A stretch of DNA of 64,000 bases from Candidatus Bathyarchaeia archaeon (GCA_038817885.1 JAWAZE010000003.1:1698-65697); one strand, 5' to 3'; shown: positions 40,013 to 49,188, counted from the stretch's first letter. Numbers and translations: made by a program. The notes: generated by a model from the letters alone, not told the origin.

Positions 40013-41052
40013 GTCCTGCCTGCGGATGCTTCACGCTTCCTCCTCGACATCTTAATCAATAAATCGATTACTTTATTATCTTTTAGGGGCTTCACTCTAA
40101 AAACTCCCTTCGACTCAACCCTCCTGAAGATTTCGTCCCCAACCTCGGTTCGCACTATCGTTAATGTCCAGCCGTCAAGCCCAAGCCCGCCAACGGATAT
40201 ATCGGCCAGCTCCGCCGAGAAATCTGGGCAGGCGCTACAGAAGCGGCACGCGTACTCCTTAACGTCCTTTAGGGGGATCGCCTTAACCTGGTCGTCCCTC
40301 ATCTTAATGAGGAACTTGCCTTTTATGTTAACTTTCTTCACATCCTCCGGCTTAATACCCAACCTCTTCAAAAGAAACTCTTTCACTAAACCATCATACA
40401 TAAAGCTCTCGCTGCAGAAGAGGCCTATAGTGAACTTTAAGGCGTCGGCATACTTTTTTAGTGGGAGAAATTGTATCCTTCTGATGGCGCATATCTGGCA
40501 TGGTGTTCCGACAAAAGCCATCTTACCTATCCTCTTCTGAACGCCACTTCTGAGCGCTAGGAGATTTGGTGAGTATGTATATCTTGTTCCAGAGCACCGG
40601 ATTATGTCTTCCCTTGAAAGAGCCAGAATGGGGACAGCTTTCAGGGGGTTCACGTTATCTTCTCCTGAGACGGCGGCTCCCTGTATGACGCCCTCCTCAA
40701 GCATGGAAACCAGGATGGATGTTACTACACCCCCATCCTGGCAAACCCTCATAATCCCTTCATCCATTGTCTGAGCCACTAAAATCCTCCTATAAACGCC
40801 AAACTCCTCCTCCGCACCTCTTTCTCGCCCAAATATTAGGCGCTCTAGGGAGGGGATGGAGATATTATATCTTGGGCAGACATTAGCGCATATCCCGCAC
40901 ACCTTACATTCGCTGACAACCCTTGGGCCCCCATCATAGTCTAGGCAGGTATATGGGCATGAGACGACGCATGCACCACATCCAACACACAATCCACCAT
41001 CAATAACAGACTTCTTCAGACTCTCCTCAAAACTAATCTTCTCAATAGACAT
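40009..41052 (-). CDS. coenzyme F420 hydrogenase/dehydrogenase beta-subunit family protein (FrhB/FdhB/FpoF-like) with N-terminal 2x[4Fe-4S] domain
   Basis: CVGCGACVVSCP and CKVCGICANVCP clusters, then an FrhB-type domain (MAFVGTPCQI, CRFCSACPDFSAELADISVGG). Confidence 0.75.
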   Translation of the reverse strand: MSIEKISFEESLKKSVIDGGLCVGCGACVVSCPYTCLDYDGGPRVVSECKVCGICANVCPRYNISIPSLERLIFGRERGAEEEFGVYRRILVAQTMDEGIMRVCQDGGVVTSILVSMLEEGVIQGAAVSGEDNVNPLKAVPILALSREDIIRCSGTRYTYSPNLLALRSGVQKRIGKMAFVGTPCQICAIRRIQFLPLKKYADALKFTIGLFCSESFMYDGLVKEFLLKRLGIKPEDVKKVNIKGKFLIKMRDDQVKAIPLKDVKEYACRFCSACPDFSAELADISVGGLGLDGWTLTIVRTEVGDEIFRRVESKGVFRVKPLKDNKVIDLLIKMSRRKREASAGRT

Positions 41053-41106
41053 CCTCCAACCACCAGAACATTAAAAAGATATTGAGGAACAGAACACAAA
41101 TATTTT

Positions 41107-42057
41107 TTGGTCCAGCATTATATTTTGATGGACTTAAATAGCATACTTGACGAGGCATTAACGGTTAGCTCAAGAGAGTTTCTTGGTTTAATAGGACAAG
41201 TTAACCAGATATTGACGCGTGAAGCTGAAACGAGCTTTATGGGGGGATTAAAGATCTTTGGCAGGCTCATCCACATTCCTCCGAGGGGGGAGGCGATAGT
41301 AATTGGTGATATCCATGGAGACCTCGAGAGTCTAAAGCATATACTCCATGAGACTGGTTTTCTGGATAAAGCATTAAATGAACGTGATATCTATTTAATC
41401 TTCCTCGGGGATTACGGAGACAGGGGAGAATATTCTCCAGAAGTCTATTATATTATCTTGACATTAAAGAAGCTCTTCCCCGGAAAAGTCATCCTCCTCC
41501 AGGGTAACCATGAGGGGCCTGAAGACCTGCTCGCACACCCCCACGATCTACCCTACCATATGAGGAGGAAGTTTGGTTCAGGTGGATTTACAGTCTACAG
41601 GGAGCTCAGCCAGCTCTTCAGGCGCTTCTACACAGCGGTTCTAGTGAAGGATAAATATGTGATGCTGCATGGGGGTGTGCCGAGCGGGGCGAAGATTATT
41701 GAGGATCTAGCCTTCGCATACATGAAGCATCCGGCCGAGAGCCACCTTGAGGAGATTTTATGGAGCGACCCGGCGGACTGGATAAGCGGCAAGTACCCAT
41801 CGCCGCGTGGAGCCGGATATCTCTTCGACGAGGACATAACGGTTAGGTTCCTTAAAATCTTAGGGGTAAAATTTCTGGTTAGGGGTCATGAGCCGGCCAA
41901 TGAGGGGTATAAATTTAATCACGGTGGGAGGGTCTTGACGCTCTTCTCGAGGAAGGGGCCACCATACTATAACACTAATGCAGCGTATCTAACGCTAGAT
42001 CTAGCGCTCCAGCCGGATTCCGCCGAGGAGATTGAGCAATATATCCGAGGGTTTTAG
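41107..42057 (+). CDS. PPP-family serine/threonine protein phosphatase
   Basis: GDIHGD, GDYGDRG and GNHE motifs in order, with RGHE later. Confidence 0.8.
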   Translation: MVQHYILMDLNSILDEALTVSSREFLGLIGQVNQILTREAETSFMGGLKIFGRLIHIPPRGEAIVIGDIHGDLESLKHILHETGFLDKALNERDIYLIFLGDYGDRGEYSPEVYYIILTLKKLFPGKVILLQGNHEGPEDLLAHPHDLPYHMRRKFGSGGFTVYRELSQLFRRFYTAVLVKDKYVMLHGGVPSGAKIIEDLAFAYMKHPAESHLEEILWSDPADWISGKYPSPRGAGYLFDEDITVRFLKILGVKFLVRGHEPANEGYKFNHGGRVLTLFSRKGPPYYNTNAAYLTLDLALQPDSAEEIEQYIRGF

Positions 42058-42073
42058 GTTACTCTTCTATTAG

Positions 42074-43051
42074 TTGGGGATGGGGTTGGTATTAAAGGAA
42101 TGCTACACATCCACGATCGGCAGCTTCCCCCTAATAGATACTGAGGATAATAGGAGGAGGTGCCTAGAGGATTTAATTAAGCTTGGGATAGATTATCCAG
42201 CCTACCCCCAGCTAACAGATATGGGTAAGCAGTTTCTAGACGATTTAGCCAGCCAAGATTGCGGAATAATATCGTATCAAGGCGAATATAAGGTTACTAG
42301 AAGGGAGATAAATGTCGACGTCAGGCCGCCGGGGCTTGAGATATTCCTTTGGACTATTAATTATATTGAGAGGATGGGGCTGAGGGTTAAGATCAAGTCC
42401 CCCGTGACCGGCCCATTCACCCTAGCATACTATATAATTGTCGGAGAGGGCAGAGGCCTGCTTAATAGGGCTATAGCGGATATTACCCTTGTGGAGCAGA
42501 TTACACAGATAGTCTCAAAGGTATGTAGTGTTGTCTCAAAGAGGGCTGATATGATCTCCATAGATGAACCCATTTTAAGCATCATAGTTGGTTTGAGGGT
42601 GATGTTCGATTATGGGGAGAAGAAGATTATGGAAGTCCTTAACACTATAAGAGAGAGCTGTGGAAATGTTTTAACAGGGATCCATGTTTGCGGCAGAATA
42701 TCACCTAAGTTGGCGGATACTCTATTAAATACAGAATTAGACTTCCTAAGCCACGAATTCTATGACACACCGGCAAATATGAGGGTTTATACCCCAGAGA
42801 ACATTAGAGGGAGCGGAAAGACATTATCTGTGGGCTGCCTTTCAAGCAGAAAACCATTTGTAGAGAGTGTTAATGAAATCCTCAGTGTAATGAGGAAATT
42901 TAAGGGGTTTGGTGACCGCCTAATATTTACGCCAGACTGCGGCTTCAGAAATCTAATTGTTGATGGTTCTAGGGAGAGGGGGTATAATATAGCGATAGAA
43001 AAGCTTAGGAATATGGTTTTAGCGGCGGCCAAATTGAGGGAGGAAATATAG
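42074..43051 (+). CDS. cobalamin-independent methionine synthase catalytic-domain protein (MetE C-terminal-like, archaeal short form)
   Basis: Zn-ligand pattern IHVCG ... PDCGFRN, as in the MetE catalytic domain. ~325 aa. Confidence 0.65.
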   Translation: MGMGLVLKECYTSTIGSFPLIDTEDNRRRCLEDLIKLGIDYPAYPQLTDMGKQFLDDLASQDCGIISYQGEYKVTRREINVDVRPPGLEIFLWTINYIERMGLRVKIKSPVTGPFTLAYYIIVGEGRGLLNRAIADITLVEQITQIVSKVCSVVSKRADMISIDEPILSIIVGLRVMFDYGEKKIMEVLNTIRESCGNVLTGIHVCGRISPKLADTLLNTELDFLSHEFYDTPANMRVYTPENIRGSGKTLSVGCLSSRKPFVESVNEILSVMRKFKGFGDRLIFTPDCGFRNLIVDGSRERGYNIAIEKLRNMVLAAAKLREEI

Positions 43052-43057
43052 ACTATC

Positions 43058-44299
43058 CTATATTAGCCCCATATCTTGAAGCATCTTTTTGAACTCCTCC
43101 TCCCTCAGCGAAGCCTTTCTGCCACACTCATAGAGCCTTTTAACCTCATTAACAACTTTCATAAGCGTTCCCTCATCCGGCTCCCTTCCAGTTATCTCGA
43201 TGATCTTATGTCTAATTATGGCTTTTCCAGAATGCTTACCTATCGTCAATCTACGCGCGTTGCCGACGAGCTCGGGCGGGTATGGCTCATATGTTCTTGG
43301 ATCATTTAGTACACCGTGCGTATGGATTCCTGATTCGTGGGCGAATGCGTAGGCTCCTACAATCGCTTTATTTGGTGGAACAACATAGCTTGTTGCCCGG
43401 CTTATCAGCTGTGCTAGTGCGGTTAGCTTCTGGGTCTTCCCCTCAAATTTCTTAACCCCATAATGCATATAAAGGTTCATTATAACCTTCTCAGTCTCAG
43501 CGTTTCCAGCCCTCTCGCCTATCCCAAGGAAAGTTGTACTCAAGTATACTCTATCCCAGATGCCATCCGCCGCTCTAACGGCAGCTATCGTATTCTCTAC
43601 AGCGTTTCCAAAATCGTCATGGGCGTGAATCTCAATATCTCTTATCTTGGTCTCATATTTTATAGCCCTAATTTTTCTTGGTATCCCATTGGGTAGTGGC
43701 GCATTTATGTCTGAAAGCCCTACACCAACCGTGTCGCATATTCTATAACACTCCGCCCCCGCCTCAGCAACGGCATTAATGAATCTTTTTTCAAATTCCC
43801 AATCAGCCCTCGTGCTATCCTCGCCGTGGACGAAAACCCTTAATCCATGATCTTTAGCCGCGTACTCAACGACTTCAATAACCCTATTTAAGAGTTCTTC
43901 CGGGGTTTTATCCGGCCACTTAGCCCTAAAATGTATATATGAGACTGGGTGTGATATGCCGACCTCCTCGAAGCCGCAGTCTATTGCATCATCAACATCC
44001 TCCTTAACAGCCCTACACCACCCAGCCAACCTAACCCCCAAACCCATCTTCTGAATAAGTTTAACAGCCTCCTTATCCTGCCTCTGATAATGATGAAGCT
44101 CTATCCGCTCAACGCCAATTTCAGCTAGCATGCAAGCTACTTCCGCAGCCTCCTCCGGGGAGATGGCTAAACCAGGCATCTGAATCCCATCCCTGAGGGT
44201 TGTGTCATCGATTATTGGATCAACCTTTAGAGACAGCCTAAAATAGAGGTCCTCAAAGCCCATCTTATTAATCAAATCTGGATCGAAAATCAATAACAC
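43058..44299 (-). CDS. homocitrate / 2-isopropylmalate / citramalate synthase-family protein (HMGL-like, no LeuA regulatory domain)
   Basis: DTTLRDGIQ, HAHDDFGNA and HESGIH motifs. 413 aa. Confidence 0.75.
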   Translation of the reverse strand: MLLIFDPDLINKMGFEDLYFRLSLKVDPIIDDTTLRDGIQMPGLAISPEEAAEVACMLAEIGVERIELHHYQRQDKEAVKLIQKMGLGVRLAGWCRAVKEDVDDAIDCGFEEVGISHPVSYIHFRAKWPDKTPEELLNRVIEVVEYAAKDHGLRVFVHGEDSTRADWEFEKRFINAVAEAGAECYRICDTVGVGLSDINAPLPNGIPRKIRAIKYETKIRDIEIHAHDDFGNAVENTIAAVRAADGIWDRVYLSTTFLGIGERAGNAETEKVIMNLYMHYGVKKFEGKTQKLTALAQLISRATSYVVPPNKAIVGAYAFAHESGIHTHGVLNDPRTYEPYPPELVGNARRLTIGKHSGKAIIRHKIIEITGREPDEGTLMKVVNEVKRLYECGRKASLREEEFKKMLQDMGLI

Positions 44300-44322
44300 C
44301 CCCTACTCCTATTTATTGGGAA

Positions 44323-44592
44323 TTAATCTGGTGGGTGGAATATTGATATGAGTGTCTCGGTTCGCACAACATTTGGGTGCTGCTCAATCATCTCATAGAT
44401 TATTTTATGTAGCTCTTCGAGGCTGTTTGCCTCGACAACAACGACAGCATCATATCTCCCGAGAACAGAATTAGCCATCTTAACGCCCTTTATACGCCTA
44501 GATCTAACGATCTCCTCAGATGTTCCAGGCTTCATCCTCACAAGGACAAAAGCTCTCAAGGGTTTCCTCCTTAAGTTCCTACCCGCACTCAT
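44323..44592 (-). CDS. stand-alone Lrp/AsnC ligand-binding (RAM) domain protein
   Basis: AFVLVRMKPG...GRYDAVVVVEA pattern. Paralogous to 44615-44854. Confidence 0.65.
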   Translation of the reverse strand: MSAGRNLRRKPLRAFVLVRMKPGTSEEIVRSRRIKGVKMANSVLGRYDAVVVVEANSLEELHKIIYEMIEQHPNVVRTETLISIFHPPD

Positions 44593-44614
44593 GCCATAAC
44601 CTCCTAGGATACTA

Positions 44615-44854
44615 TCATGCCTCAGTCAGGGCGAGCGAGGTCTCCGTATGAACGATGTCAGGATCCCTCTCAATAACATTATATAATAGATTATGCAGTG
44701 TCTCGAAATCCGGGGTCTCAATTACCACAATTGCATCAAACCTGCCATATATCGCGTCTGCGGAGAGAACCTCCTTAACTTTACTCTTTATCCTCTTAAC
44801 CACCTCTAAAGATGTGCCGGGTTTTGTTTCAATAAATATGTATGCCTTTACCAT
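44615..44854 (-). CDS. stand-alone Lrp/AsnC ligand-binding (RAM) domain protein
   Basis: MVKAYIFIETKPG...GRFDAIVVIETPD pattern. 79 aa, no HTH. Confidence 0.7.
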   Translation of the reverse strand: MVKAYIFIETKPGTSLEVVKRIKSKVKEVLSADAIYGRFDAIVVIETPDFETLHNLLYNVIERDPDIVHTETSLALTEA

Positions 44855-44873
44855 CCTCCCACCAAACCATACA

Positions 44874-46352
44874 TTAATAATTGAGGTACTTCATGATCTC
44901 CCATGGGGATACATAGAGACAGTATTGCAGCCAGTCTTTCGTCTTATACTCGATGAAGGTGTCGAAGATATGGCTTCCCAGGGCTCGGTGGATAACCTCA
45001 TCACTCTTCATTTCATCGAGGGCCTCCTTAAGAGTTGAGGGTAGCTGACCTATGCCGAGAGCCTTCTTCCTCTCAGGAGTTAACTTATAAATATCTTCAT
45101 CTACGGGGTCGCCGGGCTCAATCTTCTTTTTTACCCCATCAAGCCCAGCCATTAATAAGCATGATAAGGCCAAGTAGGGGTTGCATGATGGGTCTGCGCC
45201 ACGATATTCTATGCGCTTGAAAGCCGCGTACTGCGCCCCCCTATGATAAACTGGTATCCTGATTAGCGCGGATCTATTTCTACGCGACCAAACAATGTAT
45301 ATTGGCGCCTCAAACCCTGGGACAAGTCTCTTGTATGAGTTTACAGTTGGGCAGCAGACGGCTGTGAGGGCTCTCGCATGCTCGAGCAGTCCACCAATAA
45401 AATATCTTCCAGTCTGGCTAAGCTCGGCATATTCATCACTACTATCATACATCACGTTCACCTCACCCCTCCAAAGCGACATGTGGACATGCATCCCGCT
45501 GGCATTATCCATGAAGACTGGTTTAGGCATAAAGGTCGCTATCAACCCCCTCTTTTTAGCAACATTCTTCGCCACAAACTTATAATATATTACTCTATCA
45601 GCGGTCTCAACGAGCTGCCCATACTGAAAATTAATTTCAACCTGGCCTGCCGTCGCAACCTCATGATGATGCTTCTCCACCTTAAAACCAAAATAGTCTT
45701 CAAGGAGCGCTGAGACCTCATTTCTATACTCTATTGTCGTATCCTCCGGCGGCGCCCTAAAATAGGCGTCTTTAGGACTTAAAATATACCCATCACCTGA
45801 GATCTCAGGGGACCCTGGAACGACCCTTGGAGCGCCCCAGGAGTCGCTTTTACCGCCGTCCGGGCTGACCCATAAATCCCAGACGAGTTTTGTCGGATTT
45901 ATTGATGAGAAGACGAAGTGCTCCATTTCTGGGGCGAAAAGACATGTGTAGCCCATTTCGGCAGATACTTTAACGGCCCTTTTAGCAACATATCCTCTTG
46001 GATCAACCTCAGAGGGCTCTCCGCGTCCATAAGCCTCGCGGACATCACCTATAACTATAGCGCTCCTCTGGTCTTCTCCAGCAGTCCATGGGATTATCGC
46101 CAGCGTCCTCGGGTCTGGCATAAGAACCATGTCTGACTCCTCAATCGACTTAAATCCTCGAACAGACGACCCATCAAAGCCTAAGCCCGAGAGGAAGGCA
46201 TTTCCTTCAACAAACTCCCTCGCCGATACAACCATATCTTGCATTAATCCTCTTATGTCAGTGAAGGTTGAGTGTACCCACCGAACCCTATTCACCCTAA
46301 TCTTTTCAACAGCCATCTTAATAGCATCATCAATGTTATCGCTGTATGTCAA
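44874..46352 (-). CDS. glnA: glutamine synthetase, type I
   Basis: FDGSS, the GSGMHVH-like NASGMHVHMS, NSYKRL and RIPV... motifs. Confidence 0.9.
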   Translation of the reverse strand: MTYSDNIDDAIKMAVEKIRVNRVRWVHSTFTDIRGLMQDMVVSAREFVEGNAFLSGLGFDGSSVRGFKSIEESDMVLMPDPRTLAIIPWTAGEDQRSAIVIGDVREAYGRGEPSEVDPRGYVAKRAVKVSAEMGYTCLFAPEMEHFVFSSINPTKLVWDLWVSPDGGKSDSWGAPRVVPGSPEISGDGYILSPKDAYFRAPPEDTTIEYRNEVSALLEDYFGFKVEKHHHEVATAGQVEINFQYGQLVETADRVIYYKFVAKNVAKKRGLIATFMPKPVFMDNASGMHVHMSLWRGEVNVMYDSSDEYAELSQTGRYFIGGLLEHARALTAVCCPTVNSYKRLVPGFEAPIYIVWSRRNRSALIRIPVYHRGAQYAAFKRIEYRGADPSCNPYLALSCLLMAGLDGVKKKIEPGDPVDEDIYKLTPERKKALGIGQLPSTLKEALDEMKSDEVIHRALGSHIFDTFIEYKTKDWLQYCLYVSPWEIMKYLNY

Positions 46353-46434
46353 ATGCCCCCACCATTCATTTAATGGATGTAATTTTTATCACGCATCATA
46401 TATAAATTTTTTGCTCAATATTGAAAAACTTTTA

Positions 46435-46464
46435 AATAAATGTTTTATTTTATGAATAAATGTT
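46435..46464. repeat. two copies of AATAAATGTT with 20-bp periodicity in the glnA/lrp divergent intergenic region
   Basis: Exact 10-mers at 46435-46444 and 46455-46464, read directly. Confidence 0.9.
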
Positions 46465-46497
46465 CAATAGGGGGTATGCGCGTCGCCACACAGCGAG

Positions 46498-46950
46498 ATT
46501 GATGAACTGGATTTCCAAATAATTAAATTATTACAGGAGGATTCGCGGATCAGCTATAATAAGTTGGCTAGTAGACTTGGGGTATCCGTCGGAACAATAT
46601 ATAATCGCATAAAAAATCTTGAGGGAAAAGGTGTCCTGAAGGGTTATACTGCGGTTGTTGATCCCGTGAAGGTGGGGTATGGAACAATTGCCATAGTGCT
46701 CATTCAGGCAGAGGGGGCGCATTTAGTTGAAGTAGAAAACGAGATAGCAAAGATTGGCAATGTTATTGCCGTTTATGATATAACTGGTGATTTCGATATT
46801 GCGGTGATAGCCAGGTTTAGAGATAGATTCGAGTTGAACTCTTTTGTTAAAAGACTATTGTCGATGCCTTATGTAAAGCGCACGGTCACAAACGTCGTCT
46901 TAAACGTTGTAAAGGAGGACTTCAGGGTAAATATTTCAGATAACCTTTAG
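46498..46950 (+). CDS. Lrp/AsnC-family transcriptional regulator (start unresolved; the first canonical start 46564 would delete half of the HTH)
   Basis: The in-frame sequence from 46498 reads I-DELDFQIIKLLQEDSRISYNKLASRLGVSVGTIYNRI. This aligns residue for residue with the paralog at 33068 (MDQIDFQILRILKENSRIKY...). An RAM domain follows. Confidence 0.7.
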   Translation: MDELDFQIIKLLQEDSRISYNKLASRLGVSVGTIYNRIKNLEGKGVLKGYTAVVDPVKVGYGTIAIVLIQAEGAHLVEVENEIAKIGNVIAVYDITGDFDIAVIARFRDRFELNSFVKRLLSMPYVKRTVTNVVLNVVKEDFRVNISDNL

Positions 46951-47493
46951 TAGGTCTGAGCGCGTTATTATTCCGACGAGCTCACCTTTCTTCATAATCA
47001 AAACGCCGGGATGAACCTCTAATAGCGACTTTATCACACTTATATCCGTATCTTCTGAAACAGTTGGGAGCGGCGGCTCCATAATCTTCTCAACAGGCTC
47101 TTCGGCTATATTTGAGCTTAGGTTACGTACAATGCCCTCCTCAGTGACCATACCAACAACCTTGCCACCATTGACAACCGGTATCTGCGAAATACCATAT
47201 TTTACCATCATCTCACTAACCTTTCTCACCTTCTCCTTAGGAGATGCCACTATAACCTCTCTGGTCATTATCTCCCCGCACTTCTTCCCATGCTTACTAG
47301 TTAATATCTGTAGAATCTTATTCACCGTAGATAGTCTTGGGTCAACCTTCCCACCCTCTATCTTCGCTATATGCGCCTGAGAGACGCCGATAAGCCTCGC
47401 AAGCTCACTCTGGGTTAACCCAGCCTCAAGCCTCAACTTTTTAAGCAGTGACCCAGTTATTATCAACGAAGAATAACCCCCAGTTATAACCAA
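46936..47493 (-). CDS. XRE-type HTH + tandem CBS-domain regulator
   Basis: LRLEAGLTQSELARLIGVSQAHIAKIEGG (HTH_3), then a two-CBS pattern (IMTREVIV..., ISQIPVV, VGIITRSDLL). Confidence 0.8.
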   Translation of the reverse strand: MVITGGYSSLIITGSLLKKLRLEAGLTQSELARLIGVSQAHIAKIEGGKVDPRLSTVNKILQILTSKHGKKCGEIMTREVIVASPKEKVRKVSEMMVKYGISQIPVVNGGKVVGMVTEEGIVRNLSSNIAEEPVEKIMEPPLPTVSEDTDISVIKSLLEVHPGVLIMKKGELVGIITRSDLLKVI

Positions 47494-47577
47494 ATAAATT
47501 TAGTAATTTTGCAGTTAATATTATTTTCCCCAGCGGATATATTGTGGGCGGAGAAAAGATCTTTTAGATATGTATTA

Positions 47578-47632
47578 TAATGCATATTTTTTTCGGCTTT
47601 TTATACCAAAAGCTATATATACACAATGCATA
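47578..47632. repeat. direct repeat AATGCATAT (x2, each containing the palindrome ATGCAT) flanking TATA-like sequences upstream of the SAM synthetase gene
   Basis: Exact 9-mers at 47578-47586 and 47624-47632, read directly. Confidence 0.9.
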
Positions 47633-47670
47633 TAGTCTTTTGGAAGGGGATTTGGGGAGAAGGGGCTAAA

Positions 47671-48876
47671 ATGGAGAATATTGTTATCGCTCCTCTGAAG
47701 AGTATACCACTTGAAGAGCAAGAAATTGAGATAGTTGAGAGGAAGGGGCTGGGTCACCCAGACACGATATGCGATTCAATAATGGATGAGGTCTCAGTAA
47801 GCCTATGCAGAGAATACCTCGAGAAGACTGGCATGATACTGCATCATAACATCGATAAATCCCTTCTAGTTGCGGGGGAGGTTGAAGTAAGGTTCCATGG
47901 GGGGATCGTTAAGAAGCCAATGAAGCTAATTTTTGGCGATAGAGCAACCTTCGAAGTCGATAAAATTAAGATCCCGGTTGAGGAGATAGCCATCCAGACA
48001 GCGAAGAATTGGTTTAGGAGGAACCTTAGGTTTGTTAACCCAGATGAACACGTTATATACCAGGTTGAGATACTGCCCGGATCCCAGGCTCTGACAGATA
48101 TTTTTAAGCGCAGTAAAAGGATACTTGGGGCAAATGATACTTCGGCCGCCGTGGGCTGGGCACCGCTAACCAGAACTGAGAAGACCACTTTAGACCTTGA
48201 AAAATATCTTAATTCTAGGGACTTTAAGAGAAGGTTCCCTGAGACCGGCGAAGATATTAAGGTCATGGGCTTTAGAAAAAATAGGAGCCTAAACCTAACT
48301 ATATCGATGGCTTTCGTAGACCGCCTCATAACCGATGAAAAACATTATTTTGAGAGGAAGGGGGCTGTTCTAGAAGACATAAAGAGATATGTTGAGAAAA
48401 ACTGTGAGGGCTTTGATAAAATTTCCATCGAGCTCAATGCCTTGGATGTGCCGGGCAGGGGCGTGGATGGAGTCTATTTAACCGTGCTCGGCACCAGCGC
48501 CGATGGAGCCGATTCCGGGCAGGTGGGTAGGGGGAATAGGGTTAATGGGCTCATATCACTCAATAGGCCGCAGTGCTCTGAGGCCGCTGCTGGCAAGAAC
48601 CCTGTGAGCCACGTTGGCAAAATATACAATTTGCTGACACATAGGATTGCCAGCAAAATCTATAATGAGCTGAGCTCCGTAAAAGAAGTTTATGTATGGA
48701 TGCTGAGCAAAATCGGGCAGCCCATAAACCAACCAGTTATAACGGCAGTACAATTAACAGCAAGTGAGGATCTCAATAATGTGAAGATGAAGGTTAAAGA
48801 AATAGTTGAATATGAATTAGAGAACATGGAAGAGTTTATAATGAGTCTAGCTTATGGGAAAATACCTATATGTTAA
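47671..48876 (+). CDS. mat: S-adenosylmethionine synthetase, archaeal type
   Basis: [15 protein letters not shown]-terminal signature and [17 protein letters not shown] motif. Start trimmed to ATG 47671 (MENIVI...). Confidence 0.9.
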   Translation: MENIVIAPLKSIPLEEQEIEIVERKGLGHPDTICDSIMDEVSVSLCREYLEKTGMILHHNIDKSLLVAGEVEVRFHGGIVKKPMKLIFGDRATFEVDKIKIPVEEIAIQTAKNWFRRNLRFVNPDEHVIYQVEILPGSQALTDIFKRSKRILGANDTSAAVGWAPLTRTEKTTLDLEKYLNSRDFKRRFPETGEDIKVMGFRKNRSLNLTISMAFVDRLITDEKHYFERKGAVLEDIKRYVEKNCEGFDKISIELNALDVPGRGVDGVYLTVLGTSADGADSGQVGRGNRVNGLISLNRPQCSEAAAGKNPVSHVGKIYNLLTHRIASKIYNELSSVKEVYVWMLSKIGQPINQPVITAVQLTASEDLNNVKMKVKEIVEYELENMEEFIMSLAYGKIPIC

Positions 48877-48999
48877 GTTTGCCTTTACAATAAATTTTTT
48901 TATATATTAAATCTACTCAATAACTGTTCCTCTTAAAATTGGTATAAACTTATCTCTGCCGAACATCTTATCCCAAGAGTAAATAGGCCAGCAAAGATG

Positions 49000-49188
49000 T
49001 TAGATAATATTGGCTGTAGGGCTAAACCGATCACGAGGCCTGAGAAAGGTTGCGCCTGCAATAGCACCTATACCAGTAACCTTAAACAGTACTAAGATTA
49101 TGAAGCCAACTATAATATAACCTATTATGGCCGTGATGTTCTGTATGAGGTAAACTTCCTTCCTAAGGTACGTGAGTTTTGCGGTCAA
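49000..49188 (-). CDS. possible small membrane protein
   Basis: 62-aa ORF (TTG start) with one or two hydrophobic segments (IIGYIIVGFIILVLF, GIGAIAGA). No homology recognised. Confidence 0.25.
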   Translation of the reverse strand: MTAKLTYLRKEVYLIQNITAIIGYIIVGFIILVLFKVTGIGAIAGATFLRPRDRFSPTANII

